From assembly GCA_964016885.1 (NCBI GenBank), contig OZ024746.1, positions 93,806,001 to 93,870,000 on the forward strand: DNA of 64,000 nt, written 5' to 3'. Shown piece after piece: positions 18,600-31,820 of the stretch (its first letter is position 1; the number at the start of each line of letters is the position of its first letter). The translations under genes were made by a program, and so were the position numbers. The DNA is from Eledone cirrhosa (taxonomy: Eukaryota). Under the pieces are notes generated by a model that did not search any database, had not been told where the DNA came from, and saw only the letters and a list, made by a program, of their open reading frames with translations.

Positions 18600-21066
18600 A
18601 AAAAGATGATTCTTAGGAATACACATCCTATGAAATCAACGAAAATATCAACTTATGTGAAACAAATCCTATTGAAGTGAACGAAAAAACACATGACACT
18701 AATACACTTACATCTTACCAAATAAAAAAACAAATTAATACCACAATGGTACACATCTCTTAAAAACAGAATTCTCCTTTTGGAAGATGATACAAAATAA
18801 CAAAGCGGAGATCTATGAAAAATGGATGAACTGATACCCATTAATCCTTACCCGCAAACTACAAATTAAATCCATCCCAAACGAACCCAAGACACAAAAA
18901 CACCTCAGGGTAATAACATAACCAAAATTGAACTCCTTAAATTGAGAGCCCAAGCAAATGAACATAGGATCAAATCAATCGACGATGAGATTAATCAGCA
19001 ATTATCAATAAAACCAAAGACACCACCCTAGAAAATATTTCAAAACTATGGTTAGAGGACTGTAATAAGGAAGAATTAAAATCCCTTCAACGTTGGGAAA
19101 TAAATGAAACCTGGTTCTCTAACTATGAAACACTTTTCCAAAAAGAACACACATCCAAGAATCCCTTCATTAAAACCATAACAAAACCCAATCATCACAC
19201 AACCAACAACAAAAAAACAATACCTCCCCACATACCAAAAAAAGAAGGCATCACCTTGCCCCTACCTCCTACACCCACCACATAGCTACCACACGGATTC
19301 CAAAGCAACAAATATAGTAATAGAGAAACATCAGCTACAAGATAACAGACCAAATCAACATACTCTCCAAAGTCTGAAATTTACACCGACCAAACTACCC
19401 CGAAATGAAGGAAGATATTGCAGAATTCTGTAGAAAACTAAGGACTCAGCGAACAGCTATACGACAAATACAATGAGGATGACTCAATAGCCAGAAATAG
19501 AAGCAACTACACCCCACCAAACGGCAAGAACAAATTCCTTGATCAATTCTGCGAACACATTACTAATTACCCATACCACCACCTACAGACATAAACAAAA
19601 ACCAAACCTAAGCAAAAAAGAATGGAATGGTAACAGTCTAAAGAACGACAAAACCCTAACAATCAAAGAGGCAGATAAAGGGAGTGCAGTAATCCTTGTG
19701 CCACCCTCGCCATACCAAAATGGCAATTCCTTATAACCTAGCCAGAAGGGTCTGCACAATAGTTTCAGATAAATACACATTCCAATGTGCCCTAAATCTC
19801 AACATCGAGGAACTCAGACACCCCAAACCCAGGAATGAACCGCAACAGAAAACTCTACCATATATCTCCCTCAACAATGAGGCATTCGACACCATCCTCC
19901 AGAACATTCCTTTACTAAAAAGAGAGCCAAGAATGAACAAAATCCTCCAAACACACATCATAAAGAGCAAAAGACAACCTAAATCCATAAAAAATCCTCA
20001 CACAAGCCAAAATCCAACCAACTCTCACAATGAACCCTACAGTAAAAAAAATGTGGAAGGCCCAACTGTGGCATATGCATAAATCTATTAGAAGGTTCAA
20101 CATTCCATTTTAAACAAGGACAACATTTCACAGTTAAACACAACTTTACATGTGCATCTGAAAACCTAATCTGTTTTGACCTGCTCAGGTTGTCAAGAGC
20201 ACTACATAGGACAGACAAAAAACAGCATCCGACAATGTATGACTGTCCATACATAGATCACAAATCAAAATGCAGGAATACAGAAAGATTGCTTTTAGTG
20301 AACATATCGCCAATTGTACACCTAACCAACATCCAAATTTTAACATTTTCCCCATTTACAAATTCATAGACAACGTTTCTTTCATCCATCATACCAATAA
20401 GGAAACATACTTCATTAACAAATTCCAACCTCTACTTAATGGGCTAAACTAAAACTGGAACGAACAATGAACCAAAACCAAATTCCTATGTTCTCTAAAG
20501 AGTTACCTCCTGTACGCCCTACCTAATCCTTTTTCTTATATAAATGAATTACCCCCTCTCATTTCTCTCTCTCCCCTGCATAGTAACTCTCTAAAAAGGG
20601 AAATCATATCAAACCCCAGACTACCATTTGCCGCCATCATGGATCAACTAAGCACTCTTGCCATAACACATTTTGAACTGCTTATCTTCAAGAACTATGC
20701 CTGTAAATATTTTTTCTTTCCCCCATTACCTTATGTTCCACATTTTTTTCTCTTTTTCTTTTCACTTCAAAACCCTTGTTTGTAAATAACATTCTTTCTT
20801 CACCATTTCCTTAACATGTTCAACATCACCAACATTTTACACCAATACAAATTCCCCCCTTTGATAATGCATAAAATGCTGAACCGGTAATAGACAATTA
20901 TTAAATATATAAATAAATAAATTAATACCTTAACACTTTACACAAAGTAAAATATTTTGTTTTAAACATTTTCTAACCCAGAAAAAGAGAAAAAAATAAA
21001 AGGGAAAAAAAAAATATTTTTCTTCCTAATTTCTCCCTAATAATCGTCGTTTTCTCCCTATTTTCA
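18600..21066 (+). mobile_element. Decayed, internally deleted Penelope-like element (RT remnants and GIY-YIG endonuclease)
   Basis: Frameshifted motifs LKFTPT, EFCRKLR, NLSKKE, TIKEADKGSAV, CHPRHTKMAIPYNLARRVCTIVSD, NFTCASENLI, CSGCQEHYIGQT and ETYFINKFQPLLN. RT core missing near 19695. Degenerate hammerhead at 20860-20889; ends in (TA)n. Boundaries are approximate. Confidence 0.88.
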
Positions 21067-22529
21067 TATATATATATATATTTCAACTCGTGTGCTCGAT
21101 CCACATTTTATTATATATATATATTTCAACTCGTGTGCTCCTCCACATTTTATTTTATATATATATATATATATATACACACAATACACACACACATGAA
21201 GCATCATTTATTTTTAAAGCTTATTTTTTTAAATATTCCTGATTATATTCTTTTCTTCTATACAAATATTCTCTATTTTAACTTTAATTTGTTTTTGTTT
21301 TTAATGATTTTTCAGATAGTTGTAAGTTCTAGGTCGAGCAGATAGATAAAAAAAAAAAGAAATTTTATTAACAATAACAACTACTAAAGTAGAAGTATAG
21401 ACAATAAAACAATTATAATTTCTATCTGCTGCCGAGAGAAGCGACAGGTGGTTGACTGTGTGGCTTTCTGCTGGAGTAGTACTTAGTGTGTGTGTGTGTG
21501 TGTGTGTGGTGCCTCCTACTACCTGTGTGTGGTGGTGGTGGTGGTGCAAACGAGAAACAGGTTGGGTATCACACGGCCCTCAACAACAGAACGATATTAA
21601 AACACAATGGAGCCTGGCCAAGAAGATAATGGGATGTGTGGGGGCTGGTAGTGGTGCCTTTGTTGTTTACTATCTTTCTTTCTCTCCCTTTTTGATAACT
21701 GTTAGATAATAGTAACAATATAGGGTATGGGTAATATGACAAAGGAATAAAGTGCATTTGGAAGTAATACACATTTCAGAAACAAATATGCATGCATGCA
21801 CACTGACATGGGAAGTCTCTTATGCAGTCGCTATATCTTCGCTAGAAATAACAGCTGAACATACCTTAAATTACACCCCTTTTTTATCACCTACTACAGT
21901 CTGTTTTATCCTTGATTTGGGGTTAAACAACATTCACTCCATATGTTATTACAAACATTACATTTAAGTGGCAATTTTAATTAGACCAGAGACTTAAGAT
22001 CACACCTGCCATTTTAATTAAAATCTTTTGATTAGGTAGGGGCCTATGATGAAAATCGTTTCAGCCATAACCACGCAACTTTTTATCCAAACTGTGTATC
22101 ATGGGCAACTTCAATCCTTTCCATTTTAAGGGTTAATATTTGAGGGAGATTTGGATGCTATTTCTGGTAGGGTCAGAGGCAGGAGCCCTTTGTAATACCA
22201 ACAGCTAATTACAAGTATATAACCTGTTATCTGTGCAGAGAAAAAAATGAATTCTAAATTTTACAAATTTATAAGTATGCACATTATATTGGATTACTCT
22301 TGATACAAAAGGTTAAGATTATTTTTTTTAACACATGGATACACAGAAACTTTGTGCATCATTTGAAATTTGATATAGGCAAATTTTTACCTGCAGGCAA
22401 GGAATTTCCCCACACTTGACATAGAATTTCGTCAACTTGTTTTGATTTTAATAAAAATAAATGCTGAAAAGATGGTGGGTACATTTGACATATACATGAG
22501 ATCTATTGATTGAATATCGGGAACATTAA

Positions 22530-22700
22530 CCCTTTAGTATTTACATTACTCTATATTTACTATTATATTTTCGTGGCTAGGCTTTACCTCACATTATTCT
22601 CTCATAATTACGCATCTGTGATTTTGATGTTATTTATTTTGAGAACAATACTTTAACATCAGTATGAGCAGCCGGTTTGAATAGAAAGAGCCACCCTCAT
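22530..22700 (+). mobile_element. piggyBac-type MITE, right end lost
   Basis: TTAA|CCCTTTAGTATTTACATTACTCT...; aligns to the 23273 copy. Confidence 0.7.
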
Positions 22701-23272
22701 TCATCTCCATTGTCTAGGATTATACATGCTACTTCATTTTATAAACCAATATGGTAGGATTTGACTGCTGTTTCTAACAAGTCCAGCAACCATAGACTAC
22801 AACAGTACCATTTGAGTCAGGCATTCCAACCGTGACCATCCCACATTTTTAGTATGTGCAGAGGATCCAGGATCACATCATCCGATGAGCCTCTTTCTAA
22901 GATGGTGGCATCTGATTTAAAGATTTGGTTGCTATCTTCAGCAGATTGTGTAACTATATATTGGCTTGGTGTTGTATTTATTCTCAAATTATTGTCTACT
23001 ACATAGAATTTACTTTTATGACTCTGGGTAAATGGAGGAAGAAACCTCAACTGATGACATATCACAGATGTTGCTAAAGGTACCCAGGTGGTCAGGTTGT
23101 AGTGTTAGTATTGAAAATATACAGTTTTTTGAAACAAGAGAAGCAAACCAACTGACTTCACTGATTTGTCTGTGGACCTGTTGCTTATTTCTGTCTCACA
23201 TTAGTACTTATATCTATCATTTTTTATTAAATATATTTTAACAATCCAGAAATGAACTTAGTTTTAACTTAA

Positions 23273-23472
23273 CCCTTTAGCATTTTACATTATTCTATGT
23301 TTACTACTATTTTCATGGTAGAGGCTTTACCTCACATAATATTGAATCTGAGATTTTGATGATATTTATTTTGAGAACAATAACTTATCAGTGTGAGTGG
23401 CTGGTTACAGCCAGTTTGAATATAGAGGTGAGAGAATTTTGACCGGATATGACCAGTTTAAATGCTAAAGGG
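23273..23472 (+). mobile_element. piggyBac-type MITE (about 200 bp)
   Basis: TTAA|CCCTTTAGCATTT ... AAATGCTAAAGGG|TTGA terminal inverted repeats; five copies in the window. Confidence 0.8.
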
Positions 23473-23658
23473 TTGATGCATTAATACAAGCTCGCCCAGT
23501 TGAACTACAGTCAGCTGCTGCTGTTTTTTCTATAACATTTTACTTTATCTGAAAATTACCTCTCAATTTCTGATCTCGAGTCTCTCAATTATTCACCATC
23601 ATATAAAATATATGTTCTTTGTATTTCATATTTAGATATATTCTTTCCTCTTTTGTAG

Positions 23659-23919
23659 AAAGTCCACACAGGCAGCTGATAAGTCGTATGTCTATTTCCA
23701 AATCTCTTGATGTTGGTTCAAATTGGAAGCCATTTACCTATAGCCATAAGCAAGCTGAACTCAAGTTCAACTACCGTTTTGTTTGCAGTGAGCATTATTA
23801 TGGCCTGCACTGTTCCAAATTATGTCGGTCAAGAGATGATAAATTTGGGCATTACAGATGTACAACAGAGGGTCAGCGGAAATGTATAAACGGATGGGAA
23901 GGAGATTATTGTGATCAGC
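23659..23919 (+). CDS. Delta: Delta-like Notch ligand, internal exon: end of C2/MNNL domain and DSL domain
   Basis: Acceptor ttttgtag| at 23651-58 and donor |gtaag at 23920; phase 1/1. Translates ESPHRQLISRMSISKSLDVGSNW...YRFVCSEHYYGLHCSKLCRSRDDKFGHYRCTTEGQRKCINGWEGDYCDQ, a canonical DSL signature. Confidence 0.96.
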
Positions 23920-26040
23920 GTAAGAACCACATTTCATTTGTTTGTATTTGAAAATCTTCCCTTGAAACTCTTTCTACAAAATGATCAAAGAAAAAATGAT
24001 TGTCCCACTTATTTCTGGGGGTGTATCTTTGCATTTTTTAACCTTTTAATTTGATTTGGCTATTTCCAGCATATTTTCTAATTAACTTCCATATTAACTT
24101 TATGAAGTAAGCTGCTTTCAAATCAATATAATATTTTAGTCTCATTTAATGATATGGTAGGGAGTTTCTAGGGGAAGATTTGGCTGCTATTTTAAAGCAG
24201 AAGATTTAACTTATTACATAACTTTGCTGACATAATTAACAAAGTTTTCTCATCTGCATGCCTTTCTTTATAATTCTTTTATTTTTTAATTCACTTTAGA
24301 TATTGTGAGTTTTAAGAATACAATACTATTTAATTCCTTTCAAACAATATCTATAGCTGCAATTAACCTAAAAAAACTGATTCTGCAATCAAGACTACAA
24401 ACTAATCTTAGCATTGCGGACTTGAAAATAATTACAGGAAATACTTTCATCATCTGTCTGTTTTTTCATGCTGACATGTGTTGGACAAGACATTTTGGAA
24501 GCAGCTTTATTCTGCCAGCTGCCATTATTTATAAATATGATATTTATAAGTATAATGTATGTTACTGACATTCATCAAACTAAGCTGTGGGACATAAACA
24601 TTACCACTTGCTTCGATATAGACGCACATAGCGACCACTACATACACGGATACATTACAGCATAGGAAACAGATGTGTGCATATGTGTATAGGCATGACT
24701 GGCTTCTTTAGTTTGCATCTATAAAATTTACTCAGGTCATTTGTCTGCCATAGTTTACATTAGGCTTTTGCCCATGGTTCAACATGGAGTGAAACCCAGA
24801 AACACTGTCTACATCTCTGAAATAATTCCACTACACCTAAAAGGCAAGAAAGAATTAGTTTAGCTATTATGTACTGTTCGGGAATCATGATTAATGCAGT
24901 AGTGTCATATTCTATTTACTTCCATTAAGCTTAGTCAAGTATGGTGCCTACTTGCCTGTCTTCCAATCTTTGCTTTTGATAATTAGTGTAGATAACATGA
25001 TAAAATAGTTAAGTTTGTTTTCCTATCATAATGTCTCAAATTCAATTTCAATCCACAGCACTAATAGTAAGGGAAACTGGGTAGATGGAAGTTGTGTGGT
25101 AGCCTGTCAGACTGTATGTTTAATTAAAAGGACCAGTCTTGTTAAACATACTGTGCTGATTCTGCATGAGTTTTACGGGTGTTTGATGAATGCTCAGCCA
25201 ATTTCACTACAATACAATGAAGGGGTAGTTTTGTTTGTTCAATATATATATAAAGGTTGCTATTTTGATGCCTCTTGTTTTCTGGAGGTATGGTCAAATT
25301 TGGACCTTGAAATATTGGGTAGCTGCTATGTTCCGTGTATGAACATAAATAAATAATATTCTGATCTCTTCCCAATTGAGCACTGTTTTCATTTTCACAT
25401 CTATGAATATCTCTTTCTCTCTCTCCATTCCAAAAATTCTAGGTGTAGACATGGCTGTGTTAAGAATTTTACTTTGGAACTTTACTGTTTCAGATTTTGT
25501 CGTTGCTTGGAACCTTGGGCAAGTGTCTTCCACTATAGCCCCTGACTGACCAATGCCTTGTGAATTAATTTAGGAAGTAGAAACCATAATGCAAGCCATT
25601 ATATATATGCATGTGTGTGTGTATATATACATATACTAGTCACCATAACCATTGTTTCAAAACCAGTGCCTGCAGTTTATGCCCCCCCCCCCCCCCCCCT
25701 AAAACTGAACTCATTGTTGTTCAAATGTTAGTGGCATATACCACAACCCTGCAAAAAAGTTTGTTCACCCCAGGAAAACCTGGTAAAATACCAATTGAAA
25801 CAGATTGACATGCATTTGCATGTAGATTATTTTGAGGATTTATGTCTTAGGAAACTCGTACACTATAAATCAATAAAATAGGTAGTTTTGTTGAGCGTAT
25901 GACTAGAATACTCATTGTCAAGACTGACCAATGTTTATTTATAGCTTGTGCTGTTTGAATTCAAGATTGATTAAAATAGTTTTTGCGAATTTTCTGTTTA
26001 CTAGAAATATATATTTGATCTTTATTTTTTTTCCCCTCAG

Positions 26041-26101
26041 CAATATGTCTAGCTGGTTGCCATCCACATCAAGGTTTCTGCAATGAACCTTATAAATGCA
26101 A
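26041..26101 (+). CDS. Delta: Delta exon, EGF1 first part (PICLAGCHPHQGFCNEPYKC)
   Basis: ttcccctcag| acceptor and |gtaagt donor at 26102. A 61-nt phase 1/2 exon, in frame with its neighbours and too short for the ORF track. Confidence 0.93.
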
Positions 26102-26565
26102 GTAAGTTATAAATATTTGGTGTCTACAATAAATGTCAATTTTTCTGTTTAAAATTATCCTAACAAAATTAACACAAACTGCTGTTTAACTCCAGGTCAG
26201 CTTGGAACCAGGAGAACTAGGCTCAAATAACATTTTTTTTCTTCAAGTGTATCCAATATATCCCTTTTATTTCTCCTTTTTAGCCAAAGCCTGGTTGCAA
26301 TCATAAGATTTTGCATTTGATAACATTAAATAAAGGTTATTTCAATCAAATTTGCTGTTTACTTTTGGCCTGTGCTTTATAAACTAAATTAAAATGTACC
26401 AGAAGGAATGGGAGGTAAAAACTGTAGCAGTATTGTTTTAGCACAATTTCAAACCGATGATCTGATGGTGACCCCTGATGTGGAACGAGGGAGATTTAGC
26501 TGATATATAATAGTTTTTACTTTTGGCACAAGGCCAGCAATTACCCAGTACATTACTGGTACTTT

Positions 26566-27140
26566 ATAATAATAATAATGAAATTGTGTACAGTGCTCAG
26601 GTGCACTGCAACTCATCAAAGGTGCATGTATAATACATAGAATAATGTACAAATGTCGGTGAAGTGTACGAGTCATGAAATACATGTGTACATGTGTGCG
26701 TGTGTATGGAGGGGGGATATCGGGTGTAGTGTTGGCGAATCTCAAGAAGCATGGAGGTTTTAAAGGATGCAGTGTCTCGACAGCTAACAACTGATGCAGG
26801 TAGTTTGTTCTATGCTTCAGCAAATCTGAGCGTGAAAAAATGTTTCCGAAAGTCATGGGAGCTGTGCTGTTTTCTGACCTGACTTTGTAGGCATGCTCAC
26901 GTGTGTTAGACACATGGAAATCAAAAAGGTGCTCGGGGTTGTTGTTGGCAAGATGGTTAATAATTTTGTGGGTGTTTACCGAGTCAGTTGCCAGACATCG
27001 GAGCTTCAGCAAGGCGTTCAGAGTATGGTAGATGCCTGATGGAAGGTATTCACTTGGTTGCATGTCCCTGAACAGTTTCCAAGCAGTCAATGTTCTGAGC
27101 AAGATAGGGGTTCCAGACTAGTGATGCAAATTCTAAGTGT
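26566..27140 (-). mobile_element. CR1/L2-group LINE 3' fragment with (TTA)n tail
   Basis: Minus strand HLEFASLVWNPYLA ... LRCLATDSVNTHKII ... SNTREHAYK; tail abuts a partial SINE at 26510-26565. Confidence 0.78.
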
Positions 27141-27425
27141 CATAAAATACTTATATCAGTTATAACTGTATTTTACAGTCCCTACTACCATCGCTTTAAG
27201 AAAACTTTGAAAGAAACAATTGTTTTAGTTTTATATTAAACAAAACAAATCTTCAATTAAGAATCCTTATTTTATGGAAGTCCAGAATTCTTCCACAGTA
27301 CTCACTTTGTGAAAGCTTGATATAGATTTTTGTTTCTTGAAACTGTTGAATTTTAAAACTGTTTTTTCTTTGTAACTGCTAGTAATGTTTGTTGTTAATC
27401 CTTAGTTTATTTGTTTCAATTCCAG

Positions 27426-27556
27426 TTGCTTGTCTGGTTGGAAGGGCAAGTACTGTAATGAGTGTGACCTTCACCCAAGTTGTCACAAAGGCACTTGCCA
27501 AAGACCATGGGACTGCAATTGTATGGAAGGTTGGGGTGGGATATTTTGCAATGAAG
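27426..27556 (+). CDS. Delta: Delta exon, EGF1 end and EGF2 ([44 protein letters not shown])
   Basis: tccag| acceptor and |gtaag donor at 27557; phase 2/1; short DOS-type EGF repeats. Confidence 0.95.
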
Positions 27557-28101
27557 GTAAGTTTTTTTTTTTGTTTTTTCAATTTGTGAAACTAAACATC
27601 TGTTTAGCTACATGTTAGTCTTGTTAGAAGTGTATAGTTTAATAGAATTTAAATGTATTAACATGGAAAACAGTAAATGTTGGCTTGAGCCCATTGTATT
27701 GCTGGATTTTAACGATAGCCATTTTGATATTCAAAATTGGAGAAAAATATAAAATTGAAAAATAAAAGGTTATCTAAGTTTGAGTTACAAATAATATAAG
27801 TGCATCTCCCTTACCATCCTCTGGGGAAACACCTTCTCCATTCTGTCCGCCGGGGCTGTGGGGCAGCCAGCACTTGGGACCCCATTTGCTCACTATACAG
27901 ATAGATGGGGGTGGGGTGACCGTGGGAGTTTGGCTTCCAGTGTTCGGACACATTACACCTGTCAAGCGTATATTTTCATACTTGAGAATCTATTATTATA
28001 TGGTTTGTTTCTGTTTTCATCATCCACATTGTAAGAGTTACTCTCCTGTATTTTCTGATTGTCAAGTTTATTTACATTTGATTTTTAATTTTCTCCTTTA
28101 G

Positions 28102-28271
28102 ATCTCAATTATTGCACCCACCACAGTCCTTGTAAAAATCGAGGGACCTGCACAAACACAGGGCAAGGGAGCTACACATGTAATTGTCTTGATGGCTTCA
28201 ATGGTACCAATTGTGAAATTGAAGTTGACAACTGTCAAAATCTACCCTGTTTGAATTTTGGAACATGTGAG
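28102..28271 (+). CDS. Delta: Delta exon, EGF3 and start of EGF4 (DLNYCTHHSPCKNRGTCTNTGQGSYTC...CLNFGTCE)
   Basis: ctcctttag| acceptor and |gttagt donor at 28272; phase 1/0. DLNYCTHH..C.N..TCTNTGQGSYTC is the hallmark Delta EGF3 sequence. Confidence 0.96.
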
Positions 28272-28365
28272 GTTAGTAATTTTTATCTCTTTACCAAATT
28301 GATTTCTGTAAATATCAAATTGTTAAAAAGAATTATTTATAATTGAAAATGAAAAATGCTTTTAA

Positions 28366-28571
28366 CCCTATAATGTTCAAACTGGCCAAAACCCAGAATT
28401 CTCTACCTCTTTCTGTTGAAACTGGTTGTAAATAGTCGCTCAAACTGATGTTAAGGTATTCTCAAAATAAATACTTTCAAAATCTCATTCGATATTATGA
28501 GATAATTATGAGGTAAAGCCTTTACCATGAAAATATAATAGTATATATAGAGTAATGTGAATATTAAAGGG
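28366..28571 (-). mobile_element. piggyBac-type MITE, opposite orientation
   Basis: TTAA|CCCT ... AAAGGG|TTAA; reverse complement aligns to 23273-23472. Confidence 0.8.
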
Positions 28572-28982
28572 TTAAAACATTTACATCAGCAGTATATTTT
28601 TGATTGTCATCAGGCCTATTATTTCTGGATGTGTACATACTAGTAAACTGGGTTCAAACAAAACTTTTATCCCTAAACTAATGGTAGAAAATTCTTATCT
28701 ACTGATCCATTAGTGGGAGTACATGGATGAGCATGCTATTATACTTAGACCCAGGTTGTGTTTGAATTAGAAACCATTATTCCTAAACTGTTCACATCTA
28801 GATATGACTCCTGTTGGTGATTAGTGACCCAAATCAATCAAAGACATTATGTAGTGAAAGATAGGTTACTGATGTCATAGTGTGAAAAATTATATTCATG
28901 AAATAATGCTATTTTATTTGTATCAGACATTTTAATTTTTACTTTAAAAAATTATTAAAAACCATGTAAATTGATATTTCAG

Positions 28983-29199
28983 GTTATTGATACAGAATTC
29001 CGATGTCGTTGTCCAAGTGGTTTTGGTGGGAAGCGTTGTGAAATTAAGGCTAAGACGTGTGCTGGTGATCCTTGTAGAAATGGTGGCAAGTGTGTGAATA
29101 CAGTTGATACGTATCAGTGTAAGTGCCTACCAGGATATTCTGGGCACAACTGTGAAACTGAAATAAATGAGTGTTCTTCTAATCCATGTCAGAATAGAG
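28983..29199 (+). CDS. Delta: Delta exon, EGF4 end, EGF5 and start of EGF6
   Basis: atttcag| acceptor and |gtaac donor at 29200; phase 0/1; EGF cysteine spacing in ORF 28971-29297. Confidence 0.95.
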
Positions 29200-29568
29200 G
29201 TAACGAATTATTTTTATTTCACCTTAATTTCTTCACATGTGAATTGGTGTGGTGTTTAATGGAAAAATTGATTTTTATGGAGCATTCCATTTTTTAGAAT
29301 ATATACACTATATCTTTGCTTGTCATGAGAGGTAACAAAAAAGATTGGTGTCAGAAATGATATTCAGCTGTAAAATAATGATGGCTTTCATTTATAGAAA
29401 GGAATCTTACTAAATAGATTGGTAATTCATCTTACAAATCTGTGTGCATGAACTATGTTTATGTCATGCCCAATAAATTTCTAGTATTCAATTGCTTTTA
29501 AAATCTTGTTTACTCTTAACTAAGCTTTTTATTATGCAGTTTATGAAAATATTTTGTTTTATTTTCAG

Positions 29569-30430
29569 GTCGTTGTGTTGATGATGTGAATGGCTTTCAT
29601 TGTGTTTGTGAACCTGGATATAGTGGTAAAATATGTGAAGAGAATGAAAACGATTGCTTCAAGAAACCATGTCTCAATGAAGGCACTTGTGAGGACAAGA
29701 TAAATGATTTTGAATGCCACTGTAAACCAGGATATGCTGGGTTCTTTTGTGAAACTCAACTGAATGACTGTCTTATTCAGCCTTGCAGAAATGGAGGTAC
29801 TTGCATTGATTTGATTAATGATTTTCGCTGTATTTGTCCATTGGGATTTACAGGAAAGGATTGTACCTTGAATATTGCTAATTGTGCCAGCAATCCATGC
29901 AAGAATGGCAGTACTTGCAGCGATCTAGGATCAAGTTACTCATGTATTTGTCAACCAGATTTTTCTGGTGATCACTGTGATCACTATGATAAGAAAAATA
30001 ATAATCATAGTGCCAATAATTTAAGAGAGCCAAGGGAAGATGATAAATCCGAGGATTCTTCTATATCTGTATTACACCTTGGCTTAGGCATTTGTCTTGG
30101 AGTTGGTTTACCTCTTATCTTGATTATCATTGCTATCATTATAATGCTTTTACGGCATCAGCGCCATCATTTTCGAGATAATATGCAGAAGGAAAATGAA
30201 CAAAATCACATCAATAGTAAATGTATGGAAACGGATATATTCATGACAAATCCTTCGGCTAGTTCATCTGATAAATTTACCAAAGAACTGGAATGTTCTA
30301 ATAAATTTAATTCGGAACAGTTTTACCATGAAAAATCTACCAACATTCTAAGACAGAATGTTACAGGTGAACCATACCACAAACCTTATAATAAAAAGAT
30401 GTTGACACCATTATCAAATATTGGCGTAGG
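29569..30430 (+). CDS. Delta: Delta exon, EGF6-EGF9, transmembrane helix and most of the cytoplasmic tail
   Basis: ttttcag| acceptor and |gtaagt donor at 30431; phase 1/2. TM segment LGLGICLGVGLPLILIIIAIIIMLL followed by RHQR. No vWC domain, so Delta rather than Jagged/Serrate. Confidence 0.95.
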
Positions 30431-31798
30431 GTAAGTACTCAATATTGCTTTCTTTATGCACACATTCATATATTTTCACACTAGTTGATGAATTTTACAT
30501 TTCAGTTCCCTGATTTTGCTGTCTATTCTCTTACCTACTTGCAATGCAAAAGTTTCTTTGATCTAAAATAGCTGCTCCTCGTCTTTAACTACATTATACA
30601 ACTTTCATTTTCCCCCTAAAAGATGTTAGGGTGTAATTTGGTTGCTATTTCTAACATGTTGTGCAAAAGTTTCTTTCGTCTAAAGTAGCTGCTCCTAGTG
30701 TCTAGGCATACATGGACTAACACAAGTTTTAAATATTTTATTGAAGCCAATCATTTTTTACACATCAGTTCATTTAATCTTCTTTCTATTAATTTGAGAA
30801 AATATACACCACCACAGCTCATTGATAACCTAACACATTCAGTTCTTATACACTCTCTCATACAAACTTTATTATAGAAAGTATGGACAATATTTCTCTA
30901 GTGTCTAACATGATTTTACAATAAGTATGAAGAAGAAAGGAAGAGAAAAATGCAATCATAAATATTTCAATGAGTTTATTAAACAAGCTAAGAACTACAT
31001 GTTTGAGATTAACAATTTTGATTACAATATTTAACTGTTTTAATCAGTAAGCATTTGAAATGCTTAGCCCCTTGCCAGATCTAATTGTTCACAGACCGGT
31101 GGTCTATTTTAGCTATGACTAGAACTGTTAATATGTCCTTGCTTTATTTCAAATGGTAAGTTATATAAGGTTGTCATTTTCTTGAGGTTTTCTGATTTTT
31201 GTCTTTTAGTTTTATTCTCTAAGATGAAGGCGGGGAAGCTTGTTTTGTTTATAAGGAGTGAGGCAACATGTGAAACCTTTGGTGAAATCTTTCTGATAGA
31301 AGTTTAGATTAATGTTCTGAAGTTAAAATAAGAAGAGATTAATAATATATGAATGGATAAAGGGTTTCTACATATGGTGTATAGCATGCAAGGTGGGTGT
31401 ACTTGGGTAGATTGGATTAGATGGTTATGAAAAGGAGCAGAACTCCCATACTGGAGAACGAAAATAATGAGCAACAGAAAATGTGAATCACTGGTTGGTG
31501 TATGTAGCATGTTGATTATGAGTGCTGTTTATTTTCCTACTGGTTGACCTTGTTTTGGATTCAGTGAAGGATGTTAGTGTAGAAGCGATACTATTTCAGT
31601 GTATGGATCGCAATTCAATTTCATTCAGTCAAATATGTTTGATTTGGAATAAGATAACAGCTCGCACCCATTGTAGGTTCCTTGAGGGCTTTTGAAACTC
31701 GCCGAAAAGCTAGTAAAAAAAAAAATTTTTACTATCATTCTGTACGTTTTGAATGAAAGTTTTGTCGATGATTAGTTAATGTTTTTTTTTTTTTTCAG

Positions 31799-31820
31799 GT
31801 CTTCGATCGTTTATATTTAG
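31799..31820 (+). CDS. Delta: Possible alternative terminal exon of Delta (G-SSIVYI*)
   Basis: Strong poly-T plus cag acceptor at 31782-31798, phase-compatible with the 30430 donor. AATAAA at 32555 and 32708. No transcript evidence. Confidence 0.35.

Noticed and set aside
21070-21155. CRISPR-like repeat-spacer pattern
   Set aside because: Only a two-unit tandem duplication in eukaryotic DNA; no spacers or cas genes.
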